A stretch of 64,000 bases of DNA from the NCBI GenBank assembly GCA_047495785.1, contig JBLDXI010000015.1:1-64000 (forward strand), given 5' to 3'. The position numbers were made by a program, and so were the translations under genes. Numbering within the stretch: position 1 is the stretch's first letter; every line of letters starts with the position of its first letter. Under the pieces are notes generated by a model. That model was not told the DNA's origin, did not search any database, and worked only from the letters and a program-made list of their open reading frames with translations. The stretch is from Lepidodermella squamata (lineage: Eukaryota > Animalia > Gastrotricha). Below, one piece after another: positions 27,201 to 40,146 of this stretch.

Positions 27201-28879
27201 CGGCCTGCTCAAGTACGCTTTCTGCTGTTTGGCTTGTTTTGTTTTTCGTTGTTGTTAACCTTCTTCTTCTCTTTTACATACCTATAACTACTAATCACTC
27301 GGTGGTGCACTTTTAATTAAAATACGGGGTCCCTGTAATATTAGGCATAACTTTGCGTACCTATAAAAATATCGATATGCCTACATGCGATTATCGATTA
27401 ATGTGTATTAGCGACGCTTTACGCGCAGTCACCCGCGATTGGCGGCTGCATTCCGAACTTGGCGCGCATCATCACGAATGACTGGCGAGTCGGCTCGGTG
27501 GGCGCGTCCAACGGCCTCATCCACTACATCGATGAGTTCCTGTGCCGGCCTGGCCGCACCCTCTATGACAAGTTGCAAATGCTGCCCTTGCTCAAGTATT
27601 ATAAGTCAACAATAATGAATAGCCAGCGCAAAAGATAGCTCGCGATACCGCTTGCCCACATTCCATTCATAAGAAAACCCGCTGCTAGCCGTAATTTTAT
27701 TGTTGATTTTATAGGTAATTATCGACAGCAATCAAGACAGCTTGCATGCGCTTGCACTATTTCAAACTAATTTCCAGCTTTGCATCACATCAGGTTCAAG
27801 ATCCGAACTCAAAAATAATCGAAAAATGTATAGGTTTTTAAAGGATGAAGAACTGATGTGATGCAATGCTTGTCATCTGTTTTCGCTTTCATTCTGATGA
27901 AAACAGTGTCTTATCGAAAGTGTTTAATTTTGCTTTTCATTTGTATAGCACGACGTTTTACTGGATGCGGCAGTACGGCTTCGACAGCCTGATCCGGGGC
28001 CAGCAGCCAGGCGGTGGCTACGTCACCGGTTCTGGCGGGCAGAACATGGCGCCGGGCCAGCCGGGCCAGTTCAACTACACGATATTCGCGCCGAACGAGT
28101 CGGCGTGGACGGCGCTGCTGCTGAAGAACCGCGCGCACGAGTTCCTGAACAGCGGCGACGCCATGTCGCGCATGTGGCGCCGCCACATCGCCCGCACCCA
28201 GGGCTCCATGTACTTCCTGCCCGACCCCTCCGCCATGTTCATCGTGTCCGGCGCTGGCTCGTCGGCGAGCGGCGCCGCGTACCAACAACCGTCAGGTACC
28301 AGCTACACGTCGCAGCAACAGTACGCCTACGGTTCCAACACCAACAACAACCAGCAACAGCAGAATAACTACCAACAGGGTGGCTACAACAATAACAACA
28401 ACAACAACAATAACTATGGAGGCAGTTCTTATGGTAACAACAATAGCGGTTCGTCGTACAACAGTGGCTACAACAACCAGAACAACCAGAACAATAACTA
28501 CAACCAGCAGCAAGGTGGGGTTGTTTCAGACCGGAACAACCAGCAGCAGCCATCGGGCAGCCCGTACGCGTCGCAGCCGTCGACGTCGGGCGCCGCCGCC
28601 ATGAACGTGCAGTCCGAGTTCACGGTGTACACGCTGAATTATCGGGAGACGCTGCGGGTGCGGCGCGTCGGCGACAACTTCGAGGTGCTGTACGGCGACC
28701 AGGTGTACAAGGTGCTGTACCCGAACATCGGCTGCGCCGACGGCATCGTGCACATCATCGACCGGCCCATCCTCATCCGCGACGACCCGATGAGCGAGGT
28801 GGTGCTCGGCGCCTCCAGCTCGCTCGCCTCCCTCGCCCTCGTCACGCTCGCCTCCATCCTAGCCGTTCTAGTTCGTTGA
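24257..28879 (+). CDS. Fasciclin-I-like cell adhesion protein: signal peptide, 4 FAS1 domains, GPI signal; exons 24257-24817, 25775-26696, [27056-27212 OR 27412-27595], 27949-28879
   Basis: FAS1 H1 motifs (FTVFAYTD, TALVPND, YTVLAPND, YTIFAPNE) and H2 motifs (ASGVVYLIDRVL, MNGVIHIIEDVL, ATNGIIQHIEAFI, ADGIVHIIDRPI) are present. GT-AG junctions are phase-consistent. The N-terminal segment is hydrophobic and the C-terminal tail is GASSSLASLALVTLASILAVLVR. Confidence 0.92.
27412..27595 (+). CDS. Alternative (mutually exclusive) exon 3b of the fasciclin gene
   Basis: TATTAG|CG...CTCAA|GTATT bounds an open frame ATLYAQSPAIGGCIPNLARIITNDWRVGSVGASNGLIHYIDEFLCRPGRTLYDKLQMLPLL. It is homologous to exon 3a and has the same phases (1 to 2). 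Confidence 0.85.
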
Positions 28880-30582
28880 AGAACCATTCAGAAGTACCTA
28901 TAGTTAGTTTTTAGGATGAGCCTAGCAGAGGCTCGCCGGACCGGAAAGACCATCAGCAATTGCAGCAGGTGTTCTCTTTGCCGCCTATTACTGGTCATCA
29001 GAATCTCATCGTGTCTCATATTATCTGCATGCGTGTTCTTTCCGGCCCGGTTCATCATTCGCCCGTTAAAAAACGAGATTACGTCCCACACTAATAGATA
29101 TTTGATAATTTTATAGATGATGACTATAATATTATATGAGGCGATGTTGTTGTTGTGTTTTTTCGCATTGCCATACCTGATCGATGATGATTGTGAGCGC
29201 GTTCGCGCCATCTGCAAACAAACCGTGGTTGTGAATTTTTATACAGACAAAAAACAAACTTACCGCATTAATACTACTTGTTACACTACGATGATGGACT
29301 TGCGCGCATACTTATGCTCTTATGCTTTTTCATTTGCAAAATGACGACGACTGTTCTGAAAAAATCCAATTATGATACCATTGCCTATTATACTGCGATT
29401 GTTGACGCAGATAACCGTATTTACAAGAAGTTGACAAACTTGATTAAAAAAACAATAATTATGCCATTTGAAACTTTTCATTCCTTTCATCTTGTTTCTG
29501 TCGTTGTTGATCACCTGATGATTGCAACGTTCAATATTGTTACAAGGTTCGAACTTTTCGTTCGATAAAACGTAAGGTAATACCTTTACTAATGTCGTCC
29601 AAATTAATTGAAACGCGTCTTCGCAGCTCAAAAAATGATGCGCTCCTTTTTTCACCTTTATCATATAAGCTACCGCGAACAACATTTTTGTGTGTGGAAG
29701 CAAAACCGATTGCTGCGCTTCTTGGTTCAAGCCGATGCCGAATCTGATTGTTTGTTTTGTCCACTGAAAATGAATGAATTTGTAAATAGCAGTAGGCCCT
29801 GCGCCCTGCCAACGTTCCAACCTAGTGAATGTGAAGCGCAGGCGCGGCCATGCAAGCAAGATCATGCGAATAACAATAAGTAGTTGATGAATATTTCTAT
29901 AGGTACCACCTAGCTGTGTTGATGCGCTGAGTTGCTGTACAATTTGTATACCAAGTATGTTGTATACTTACTTATACGTGTATGATACCTTCAACAACGT
30001 ACGTCATTGGTTGTTACTGTTGTGTACTACTGTTATCATGATATAGTATACGCTACAACATGATATACTTATATATTTGAATACTTATTTGATGAATATA
30101 TATTACGAAAAATATGAATACTATTTCGAACTTTGTGTACAACTGCGATTACAAACGGAAATAAAGAAAACACCGTTGAGGATGAACAATAAGATGCGTT
30201 TGTTTGTATTTTCACTTTCACCCATCATTGTGCAGCGAATCTGCAATGAATCGGCTAGTGGACAGACTGCCAAGCGGCAACTGACATTTTACAGCTTCGA
30301 AATTGAGGCATACCGATGGGAACCAGAGAACAGAATACAACTTTTGTTTTGTTTTATTCACTCATTCTGTTGCAGGTACCACCCAAAGTGGACTTGGAAG
30401 CGCGGTAACTGAAGAATAGTTTGCATGTTGGCGTAATAAAATAGAGAGAGAGAAAGAGACGGATAGATATCGAGAGCGAGCAAGAAGCGGCGATACTCGC
30501 ACTCTTTGAGCACATACACTTCATTCACTGTGGGCTAATTTGTTGAACAATTTGGCAAGGTACAAAGTAAGTCTGTATCTGA

Positions 30583-32635
30583 CTAGAACCACGCATTGTA
30601 GCCACCGTTTTCATACTGCGCCTGCTGCTGCTGCTGTTGCTGTTGCTGATGATAAGGATGAGGATTGTAGTAAGACGGCTGTTGTGGCTGCTGGTGATGG
30701 TAGTCATAATGATGATGGTGTTGCTGTTGCTGCTCTGATGGGTACTGAGGGTAGTGGGCGTAGGGCTGCGGCTGGTGGTGGTAGTGGTGGTAGTGGTGGT
30801 GCGACGGCCGTTGAGCCGGGTGCACGTGGTGGTAGTACTGCAAGTGCGCAGCAGCAACAGCAGGTGCATGGGCGGCCGGCGACGGCCGAGGTCGAGGCTG
30901 AACAGCAGCAGAAGCAGAAGCAGGCAGCAGAGGCTGAGCAAACGGCTCAAACAACGGCGCCGGTTCCGCCTGTTCGTAGACCGGTTGCTGTTGCTGGGCA
31001 GGATGGGGGTAGGCCTGGTGGTGGAGGTGAGGGTGGGTGTGCAGCGCCGCCGCCTGCCCGCGATAATAATCGATCAGCTGCGACTCGCTCAGCCGTTGCC
31101 GCTGCTGCGCTGCTGCGGATGGCTTCACTATGGGCCTGCCTTTCGCTCGCTTCGCCACCGGCTTGCCGTCGTCGTCGCACTGGTAAAGCTCCGACGGGAT
31201 GAAGCAGGCTGGGTTCGGCGTCGGCGCCTCCGCCCACGCGCCGCCCGTCTCGCCCACCGCGTTCCACTCCGCCCGTTCCGCCGCCGTCCATTCGTGCTCG
31301 CGCCTGTAGTCATCCAGCCCATCTCCTCCACCCCCGGTCCCACCAGCCGCCGATTTCTTCTTGTTCTTCTGCTGGTCCTTCTGCAGCAGAAATGACGGCG
31401 TCAGAGACACGACGCGCGGCAACAACTTCTTCTTCGTCGTCTTCTTCTTAACCGCTTTCACCTTCTTCGCAGACTCTAGCTCGACTTTCCCTGCTTCATC
31501 TTTACCACTACTCTCACCGACTACGATCACGTCCTCGTCATCATCTTCATCCGGCGGGTTCCACAGTGCTTCGACGCAGCCCGGCACGAGTTCCGGTGGC
31601 GCTTCCATTTTCACTGACGCTGCACACACATTCAAATGAGCAGTCAATCCCTCTGATTCACAAAATGTGCGACAACTAACCGTCGAAACGAGGCAGTTCA
31701 GTCGCTACTATTTGAAAGCCCTGGTCGCGGTCTGGACACGGCGGTAAATGCTCACCTGTTGAAATAACGCCAACTATCACTTTAAAACCAGACAGTCACG
31801 CTCTACCACTTACGAGGCGCTGGTATCGGCCGAAACCGCGTCCGATTCTTCACCAGTTCTGAAAGAGGACTGCAAAACAGCGAATTATTTCGGCATAAAA
31901 CATGTCAACTTACAGTCGAGTAGGTTCGTACTTGGGCGGTGCAGGCCGCGCGTACGGATGAAACCGGTAGTCTTTAACGCCCGTCGTTTTGTCTAGCGCA
32001 GTTGCTAAAGACGACGAAGCTTCTTGCAGCTGTTGTTGCTGTTGCTGTTGTGAAAGCAATGATTCTTCACCACCAGACTCCATATCTGACGAGAAATATT
32101 CGCTTGAACCTGTTACGTGGTCAACCATAGCCGTCACCACGGCAACAATGTCGACAGCTATAGCTAAACTTTGATGCGTCTCCAAGCATTCTGCGTTGTA
32201 TGACGTAGGGCTGGCGCTGCACATTTCTTTATTATTTTCACTCATCGCAGATTCAGCTATTCCGCTATCGCATACTCCGCTCCTCGCTCTTTTATCAACT
32301 TGATCGCCTTCGCCGCCACTACCATCGTCATCACTTATTTCGATGACGACTGCCGACTCTTCGGAAGAAGCTGTCGACGGAAGTTTGCAGGCGTTATTGT
32401 TAACGGGCGGCGCCACGACGCCTTCATTTTTTTCATCGTCACTGCTTATGAGGCAAGATTCATCCGGATCTTCGCCGTTATTAATCACAGCATATTTCGA
32501 TGCGTCACATGGCTCTCTCAGCAAATCATCCTCTACTGCATCTTCTGCCACTTCCTTTTTCACCTCGACATTTGCTTTATCATTAGTTTTCTCATCAGTT
32601 TCGAGTATAGCAACATCAGCAGCATCCGTGGTCAT
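30583..32635 (-). CDS. Uncharacterised low-complexity protein (acidic N-terminus, Q/H/Y/P-rich C-terminus); exons 32635-31914, 31869-31814, 31755-31681, 31619-30583
   Basis: Three short GT-AG introns join the 252-aa and 354-aa ORFs in frame through two small exons (PLSELVKNRTRFRPIPAP; REHLPPCPDRDQGFQIVATELPRFD). No family recognised. Confidence 0.75.
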
Positions 32636-33756
32636 AAATAAGATTGAATTGTGGCAATCAAATAACAATTATAAAACCTAGCAACGAACAAGAAGATTTG
32701 ATTATTAAAATGGTCCGACTAGCAGTTTTCTTCGCTTAATCAACTTGTGACTGCGCGCGACTTCTATCATCATCATGGACTCATTTTCGGTGCCCATCTA
32801 CTATTAATACAGATGGCAGCGGCCCAGAAAATAAGGTTTCCTAGGTTTGCTATTTTCACCAGGCTTGCAAATTTACGATTAATACTTATGTCGCCTCAAC
32901 GAATAGTTCGCACATCGTGCAACCGTCATAATTCACTAATGATTTTTCGACGGCACACACAGTTTTTCCAGTTTGAGCGCAAGCAATGCCAGAAAGCAAA
33001 CTTTCAACTATCTAGCAAATGCCGCCTCGAGCCTTGACGTCGATATGCCAATAGCCTAAAACCCCTATAGGAAACCGCGCGCGGGCCTCCGGCCAGCTCC
33101 TGTCGACGTCGTTTCGAAGTTACCCGCCAAAACAAAATATATTTTCGTCGAAAAAATATTTTGCTGGATTGGTTTGACTTTCCTAAGACATGCCGATTAT
33201 TTTTCCATAAGTCGGTAATGTCGAATGACCTTGAACTGCCGCGATACAATGTTTGCGCGCAGAGATTTTTTTGTTGGTGCTGGCGCAGCGATGGATGCGT
33301 CGATAGAGATCCGAAATCCCTAGGTAAAAGCTCTTCGCCAGCTTCCGGGTTTGTGCTAGGAACGGAATGGAACAATTACCCGAAAACCCGAAGATCTTCA
33401 GAGACTAGCTGGTTAAAATTTTGTCAACAATCTGCGATCTGCCCTACGCCCAAGAGCTAAAGTGAGAATCTCGAATCTGAAGTGTAAATACATAGTCATA
33501 TACATGTTGACCGGGCTATTTTTTCAATTGCGATTGATTGGCTTTATTACCTCTTACCTTATTACCTAGAACTATTCTTAGTTGCTGAAGTTATCAATTT
33601 GTCAACTGTCAACTGCGTTAAACGTTTTAAGTTCTTGCACATCGGTTTTCGGTTTTCTTGATACTTACAGTAACAAATGTGGTATATTTTGAGTATTATT
33701 TCCCTAGGTTCTATTTATACTTCATATTCACAAATTATTGATATACTGGTTAAACA

Positions 33757-34537
33757 ATGCCGCGTGATGATGGTAACAAGGTGGCGACTAAGGAGACGGA
33801 TAAGCGTGGTAGGTTGGCCGGGTTCACTATAGCCCGTGCCACGCCTTTATTCGTAAATAGCAATGCTAATGCGTTCAAGTTGTTTTTATCAACATGAACT
33901 GAATGCCTGTTAGAAGATCACACTTCTTCAACGAAACAATCGGTTTCTACTGTGGTAGCTAGAGCACCGGTACCACCACCAATACCGCCGCCGCCGCCGC
34001 CGCCTGTGCCTCCTGTGCCTCGCAGCGAAGATTCATCAAAGACGAATGCAAAGAACACGTCACCGGGTCTCTCAATTTCTCTTGGACTGAAAAGAACCTC
34101 TCCGGCTCTCACGTCAACTCAGCCTTCTAAAGCGCCCAAGCTTGCGATTGTATTGCCTTCAGCAAAAGATTCCGCCGTCACAGCAAAAAAATCTGATAAG
34201 ATCACAGCCCCTCTACCGCAGACAAAAATCAGCAGCAATGTAGCTCGAGTGTTCGGCGATGACGACGACGACAGCAACGAAGAGGTTTGTTGAAAAATGC
34301 ATATTTGCGCTCGTTATGTAATAATAATTTTTATATCGCAAACTGTAGGAGATTCCGGCTGAATATCGCATTCGAATGCGCAATAAAGGTCGCGAAAACC
34401 CGACGGCCTGTGGGCCCAATTCTTTCGGCAAAATGGGCGGCATGGGTTTCTGTGATTATCGGTCGATGCAAGAGCGTGAGCTCGAAGCAATGGCTCGGCA
34501 GTTGGCGGAGGATACCGAAAAGCCGAATAGCTCGTAG
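33757..34537 (+). CDS. PCNP: PEST proteolytic signal-containing nuclear protein; exons ~33757-33808, 33914-34284, 34349-34537
   Basis: The spliced C-terminus VARVFGDDDDDSNEEEIPAEYRIRMRNKGRENPTACGPNSFGKMGGMGFCD matches the PCNP motif (E.P.E..MRMKNIGRDTPTSAGPNSF.K...GF.D). Confidence 0.88.
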
Positions 34538-35382
34538 TCTCTCGTTTCTCCTCTCAGCAAACTTGTTGTTTTTCCTTTGCCGATTGGATCACATCCGTAA
34601 ATGTTGACATTTGCAAGATATCGTTGTTATTGAGGACGGCGACATTTCTAAGCTTTCCTTTGATGAACGGTTGCCAATTTTGAAATAAATTATCTTCTTG
34701 GTACTTCTTGGTACATATTTATTTGAATATTGGTTTTTGAAATGCTTCAATGCAACGCTGAGAGAGATCGATTGCTACGCAGAAAGAGTGTACCCAATTG
34801 GAACTGCATGCGAAAAACGTGAAGCGAGAAGCCTGTCGACGAAGATGTCGTAGAAGCGATAACCGTAATCAGATCTACGTATTGGTAATCGTGATTTTGA
34901 GATAGCTTCGCACAACCGAAGGCGTTTCCCAAAACTGTCTAACATTGACTTAGTAGCAAGTCCGAAATGGCGTTTAACCAAATGGTCCAGGTGCTCCAAA
35001 TGAAAAAAACCCCATGTTGATTGAATTATTTTGATGATTTTATTTGTTTGATTGATCCGTCAAAACAAAGTAATAAATAGCAATAATAATATTTTTCTTG
35101 ATTTTCAGCATGAAAATGCGAACTATAGAACATCATATCCAAACATTATCATCATCGACAGCAGGAGCAGCAGTTTTCAGAGACAAAAAATTAAAAATCT
35201 GTATAATTGAGTTGATGTGTATACATAAAGTGTCGATTTCGCGATAATAATCACGTGAATAAGAGAAATTATCATGTACAATGTAACGAAAACAAGAAAA
35301 TCAGCAGCGCTATAAACTAATCAGAGGACAACAACAAAAACAAATCATTTTTGTTTGATTTTTTTTCGATTAGACGAGTAAT

Positions 35383-38190
35383 TCACAGACGAACACAGTC
35401 GGGCGATCGGCAGTCGCATAGCATGTTGTCGCCGTTGTGGTGCCGAGACGCTACGACCTGCAGGGTAGGCAGCAGAGGCTGCGAGATGGTGTGAGACACG
35501 CGAGGCCGGTTCAACGAAGCGGCGCCATTCGACATAACCTGAACCTGAGCAGGGTGATGTTGCTGCGGACGACCCAGCGAGCGAGCATTAGCGCCGCCGC
35601 CGCTGTTGTAGACTCGCTGCGAGGCACGAACGCGTTCGACGAGTTCCTTCTGCGGGATGCCGATGCGGCCGGCGCAGCGAAGCGCGTCGATCCGCAGGGC
35701 GTCGACTGCGGTGGCGATTGCGTCGGCGTCGCAGCGCAGCAGTTCGGCGAGGGCGATGACCCACTCGGGCGTGACGTGGCCGAAGCCGAACTTGTCCGAG
35801 TACGGCATATCGCCCAGTTCGATCTGCGCGCGTTGCAGGTAGTCACGAAGGCGAGTCGAAGCATCAACGCTGTTGTTGTTGTTCGAATTGTTCGACGGTG
35901 GCATGCAGTCGCCCGAGTCGGAGCCGTATGACACACCGGAATCAGTCGACGAGTTGGCACCGCCGTTGTTGTTGTTGCGGCGAGTCGAGTTTGAGACAGG
36001 GGTCGAGCCGCCGGCCAGCGTCACAACGTCTGCGAACACATCAGCGAGGCGAGTCTGTTCGACGGTGGTGGTGGCGATTTTGCGGGCGATGCGCCTCGCC
36101 AACGACGGCTGGTTCAACGCGACCTGCGCCAACTGTTCGACGCTGTTGATGTTCGCCAGCTGAACGAGGCGGTTCGCGATAAGCGCAGCGTTCGGCACGT
36201 CGTAAGCGCGTAATAGGCTCACCAAATCACACGGTGATGTCTATAGAATGGAAATCGATTAAAAATCAATCAATAATGAATAGCGCGAGTACGTTACCTG
36301 AGACGAGTCTGATGACGAATTGCTGCTGTTGTTGCTGTTGTTGTTCGGGCGGCGTTTGGCGGCTGCGTGGGCAGCGAGGGCGCACGACGACCAGTCGCGC
36401 ATGATGAGCGCCGGTTGCGACGGCGATGCGCCATTGCCGGCGTACAGCAGCGCGAGGGCATCGGCGGTCGTCGGTTGTTGTTGCTGCTGCTGCTGGCGGA
36501 CCATGTGGAGGTCGCGAAACGCGGCGGTGGACTTCGACTTGTAGAAGGATCGCACCTGCGAGCCGGGTTCCTGCACGCGGTACGGCGAGGCGGGGATGAC
36601 GTGCGACTCGGGCGACAGCGGCGCGGCGCCGAGGCGATGCTGTTCGTACAACTCAGGGATCGTGTCCATGCGGCAGTTGGCCACAGAAACGGCTTGTCGC
36701 TGCAGTGATGCTTTCTTCACCGGTTGTTGCTGTTCGACGACTGGCTTTGTCGCTGGTTTCGTCGTCAATAACTGTTGTTGTTTGTTGTGTTTTGGCGCGT
36801 GCAGGGCGGCGACAATGCGTTTCGACCATGAGACCAATCGCGACGATTTCGACGCCTTTGACGGCTTGCTCGCTTTCACGTCTTGGTCGCAGCCTTCGAT
36901 GTGGAGATGGCTGGTCATCGGCGGTTTCTTCAAGTCAATGCTGTACATGATGGAAAAAAGTTGTCATTAATAATGATGAGAAATAATATAATTTTTCGCG
37001 TAAAATAAAGAGCAACGCAAGCAGCCGCAACAACAAGAAAAATGATGTTGTGGATAATAATAATAATAATGATGAAGTGCGTTACATTATTGTCACTCGC
37101 CTGCATCTTCAACAGCGACAACGGCGACGCGCGGCCACAAAAAGGCCCACCACTCGCGCGGTTGCTTGTAACAAAAACATGCTGTTCGCGTCGTGTTTTT
37201 CAAACAGCGCCTCTACTACATGCGACGTGCGCGCAAGTCATGAGTGCGCGCTTTTTGCGAATGCGCTATATAGTCACATATATAGTAGCAGTAGTAGTAA
37301 TCAAGATGTTTTTATAAACAAACAAACACGTGTAATTGATGCGCGCGCGGGAAAGGTGACGCTTCTTCACAGGGTGCGAAATTGACACTTCTGCTGCTGC
37401 TATTATCAGTAATAAAAGTTGCTAACCTGGATTGGGCGAGGCGTGAACTGGCGGCGAAACGAGACGCCGACTGGCCGCGAGGCATCGTTTTCGTCGTGTT
37501 GCCGTCATCGGAGTCGTCCTCGTCACCGGCCGAGTAGTCAGAAGCGATAGCTGCTGCCGGCTGTTTCGCGGCCTTGTACGGCGACGCGTCGTAGTCGTGC
37601 ATCAGCAGCGTGTCTTCGCCCAGCGTCAACGTAGTGTCGAGGCGGTGATGCTGGTTGGCTGATCGCGATGATTGAACCGGTGTTTTGCGAGTCGAAGGCG
37701 ACGAAGCGGCGACAGGCTATTTTCATAGATATCAAATAAAACTCGTCATCGGTTTTCGATTGGTTTTTACCTTGCGGAAATTGAGGCGTTGCGAAGTGGC
37801 ACGAGCCGGCGATCGGCTCGACGAGGCGAAAGATGAGGCGAGCGAAGACGACGCGAACGAAGTCGAATTGACGTCTTCGATATCGGCAGCGCACTGTTGC
37901 TGCTGCAGTTGTTGATGGTGATGATGCGAGGTCAGCAGCAGGTGCAAGCGCACTGATGATGATGATGCTGAGGCGTGGTTGCGGATGCCACCGGTAGTAG
38001 ATGGCGTAGTAACTGATGCAGTAGTAGTAGCAGTAGTGGTAGTATATGCGGCGGCGTCATTAACCATCAGCGGCGAATCTTCAGGCGACGTCGGGGCGGC
38101 TGTGAGCATAGCAGCTCGGCTGCGGCTGCGCGACGCGGCCGCTGCCGATCCGAGACCACAGCACGACGTCAACGAAGCGCGTACAGGCAT
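35383..38190 (-). CDS. Uncharacterised ~736-aa protein with a helical C-terminal region; exons 38190-37771, 37716-37427, 36940-36298, 36240-35383
   Basis: Four ORFs are joined by phase-consistent GT-AG introns (2211 nt in total, divisible by 3), with GC-rich coding-style codons. Confidence 0.7.
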
Positions 38191-40146
38191 CGTCAGCACG
38201 TAGATTGCAGGAGGTATACTTGTAAGTAAAAGATGCGCTCTATGATAATGAAAACAGAACAAACACGCCTTAATAATATAATGTGCGCACAAGTGAGGGT
38301 TGATATTTTATAGGTAGGCATCATCACAGGCACAGGAATTGAGACCACGCTCGGGTGGGACCTGCGGCCATGATGATGACAGCCGACGACGACGACGGAC
38401 AAAGCACGTCTTGTTTACGGCGAGCAGAGCGGGCACTGCTGCCTCGCCCGCTATATACCTGCCTTCATCAGCATCGATCTTATACAGGTACATTCATGTA
38501 TACGGGCGGGCTCATGATGACTGGTAGAATAAGGTGTGATGATGATTATGTTGGTTGTGGGAAAGAACACACATCAGTGGAATAAAAGCGAGTGGTAGTG
38601 GTGGTAATCTGTAAGAATGTCTCCGTACTATGCTCGGCGAGTCGTGTCCGCGAAGGTATGCCGACACTCGACTGCGTGCTCTAATCACAGGACGCGATTA
38701 GTCGGATTAACCTCTCTAGCTAGCTGGTGGCTGCGATGGGTGCAGTGATCACTCGCTGCGAGTCTCCGCCGTGATTGACACCTCTCGCGTGCGCGCGCAC
38801 CCACTCTTGCGGGTGGTGGCGCCACGTTGGGGGCCGTCTACGAGAGGGTGTTTGCCGAGCGAATCACGCCGCAGCACGTCGATGTTGAAGCGGATGCCTC
38901 ACGTCATTACACCTGTGGAGCGAGACAAATCGCTTAATCTGCCAAGAAACTAGAGCGCGTGCCGCTGTTGGGTGCTGGTCTTCCCAACGCTGTCAAGTAC
39001 CGGAAGTTCCGATCACCGAACAAGCTACAACATGCTTGCATTTATTTTGGCGATTAAGAAAATCGCAACAGGGCTAATAAAATAGATACAGAACCTCAAC
39101 CAAGAGCACAGTTCGCTTCCAAGTTCAATGAATTTAAACTTAAATCAAAGCGGAAAGAACAACGTGGGCATGCAAAATCACGATTAATACCGAAAAAGTG
39201 AAGTCACGGTAATAAATCGTTGGAAGAATTGATAATAAAGTGGCGTTAGATGGCATGGAAAGCAATTCAGGGTGTAATAAAATTGGCACATTGGCAAATT
39301 GCATTCTGAAATTTCTACTGTTCTTCGCGTGCTTAAATGAACTGCGCATAATTTACTCGGGTCGACGCAATAATCGCCTGAATAATCGGAGGGCCAATTT
39401 TTTGTACCGTCTCTACGGAAACGTGATGATATGGATGACCGGTTCAACGGTCGTAAACTGCGCGTGTGAACGCATTAGGCGCGCTCTAGCACTCGTGGAA
39501 CGTGACCGACTGCTGGCGTTAAAAAAACTGATATGAGAAGGGTTGAAGGATGTAAACAAAACTCTCAACGATATAGCAGCAGTTTATTACGCGGCGAGTG
39601 TGTTAATCCGGCGACAAAGTACCTCGACAACACGAAATAGTGTAAACGGTGGTGTTTTTATTGTTATTTTCAGTCGGTAATATAAATTCGTAAAATAACT
39701 AATGTGTTCGCGCTCGCTAATCTTAATCTTCGCAGTGCATCTTTTCACGAATTAAAAAGCCAAACGCATGGCACGTTCCACGTTCATAAACTCTCTTGTA
39801 ATAATTTCAACCGCTTCATCTTATTTTGATACACTTTGGTGGAATATGATGTTATACCTGCCGTGGCTTATGACGCGCACTAAATTTTTTTCGACGCGCA
39901 CACTTCAGGATCGGTTTATTGCTGCTGCGACGATTTACTTGTGCACTTTGCTCGAAATGTACTCGCAACTTTTCATAATTTCACATTTGACATTTACATT
40001 AAGTATTTGTAGGTTTTATCGTATCGCACTCGTAGCTATGTTGCCAATTGTAGGTGTAGTTTGTTTGTAATACATCGTTTTTTCTTCACATTATTTGAGG
40101 AGGAGAACTCCACCAGCTGTCACTAGCGATTCACTGCCTTCAGATA

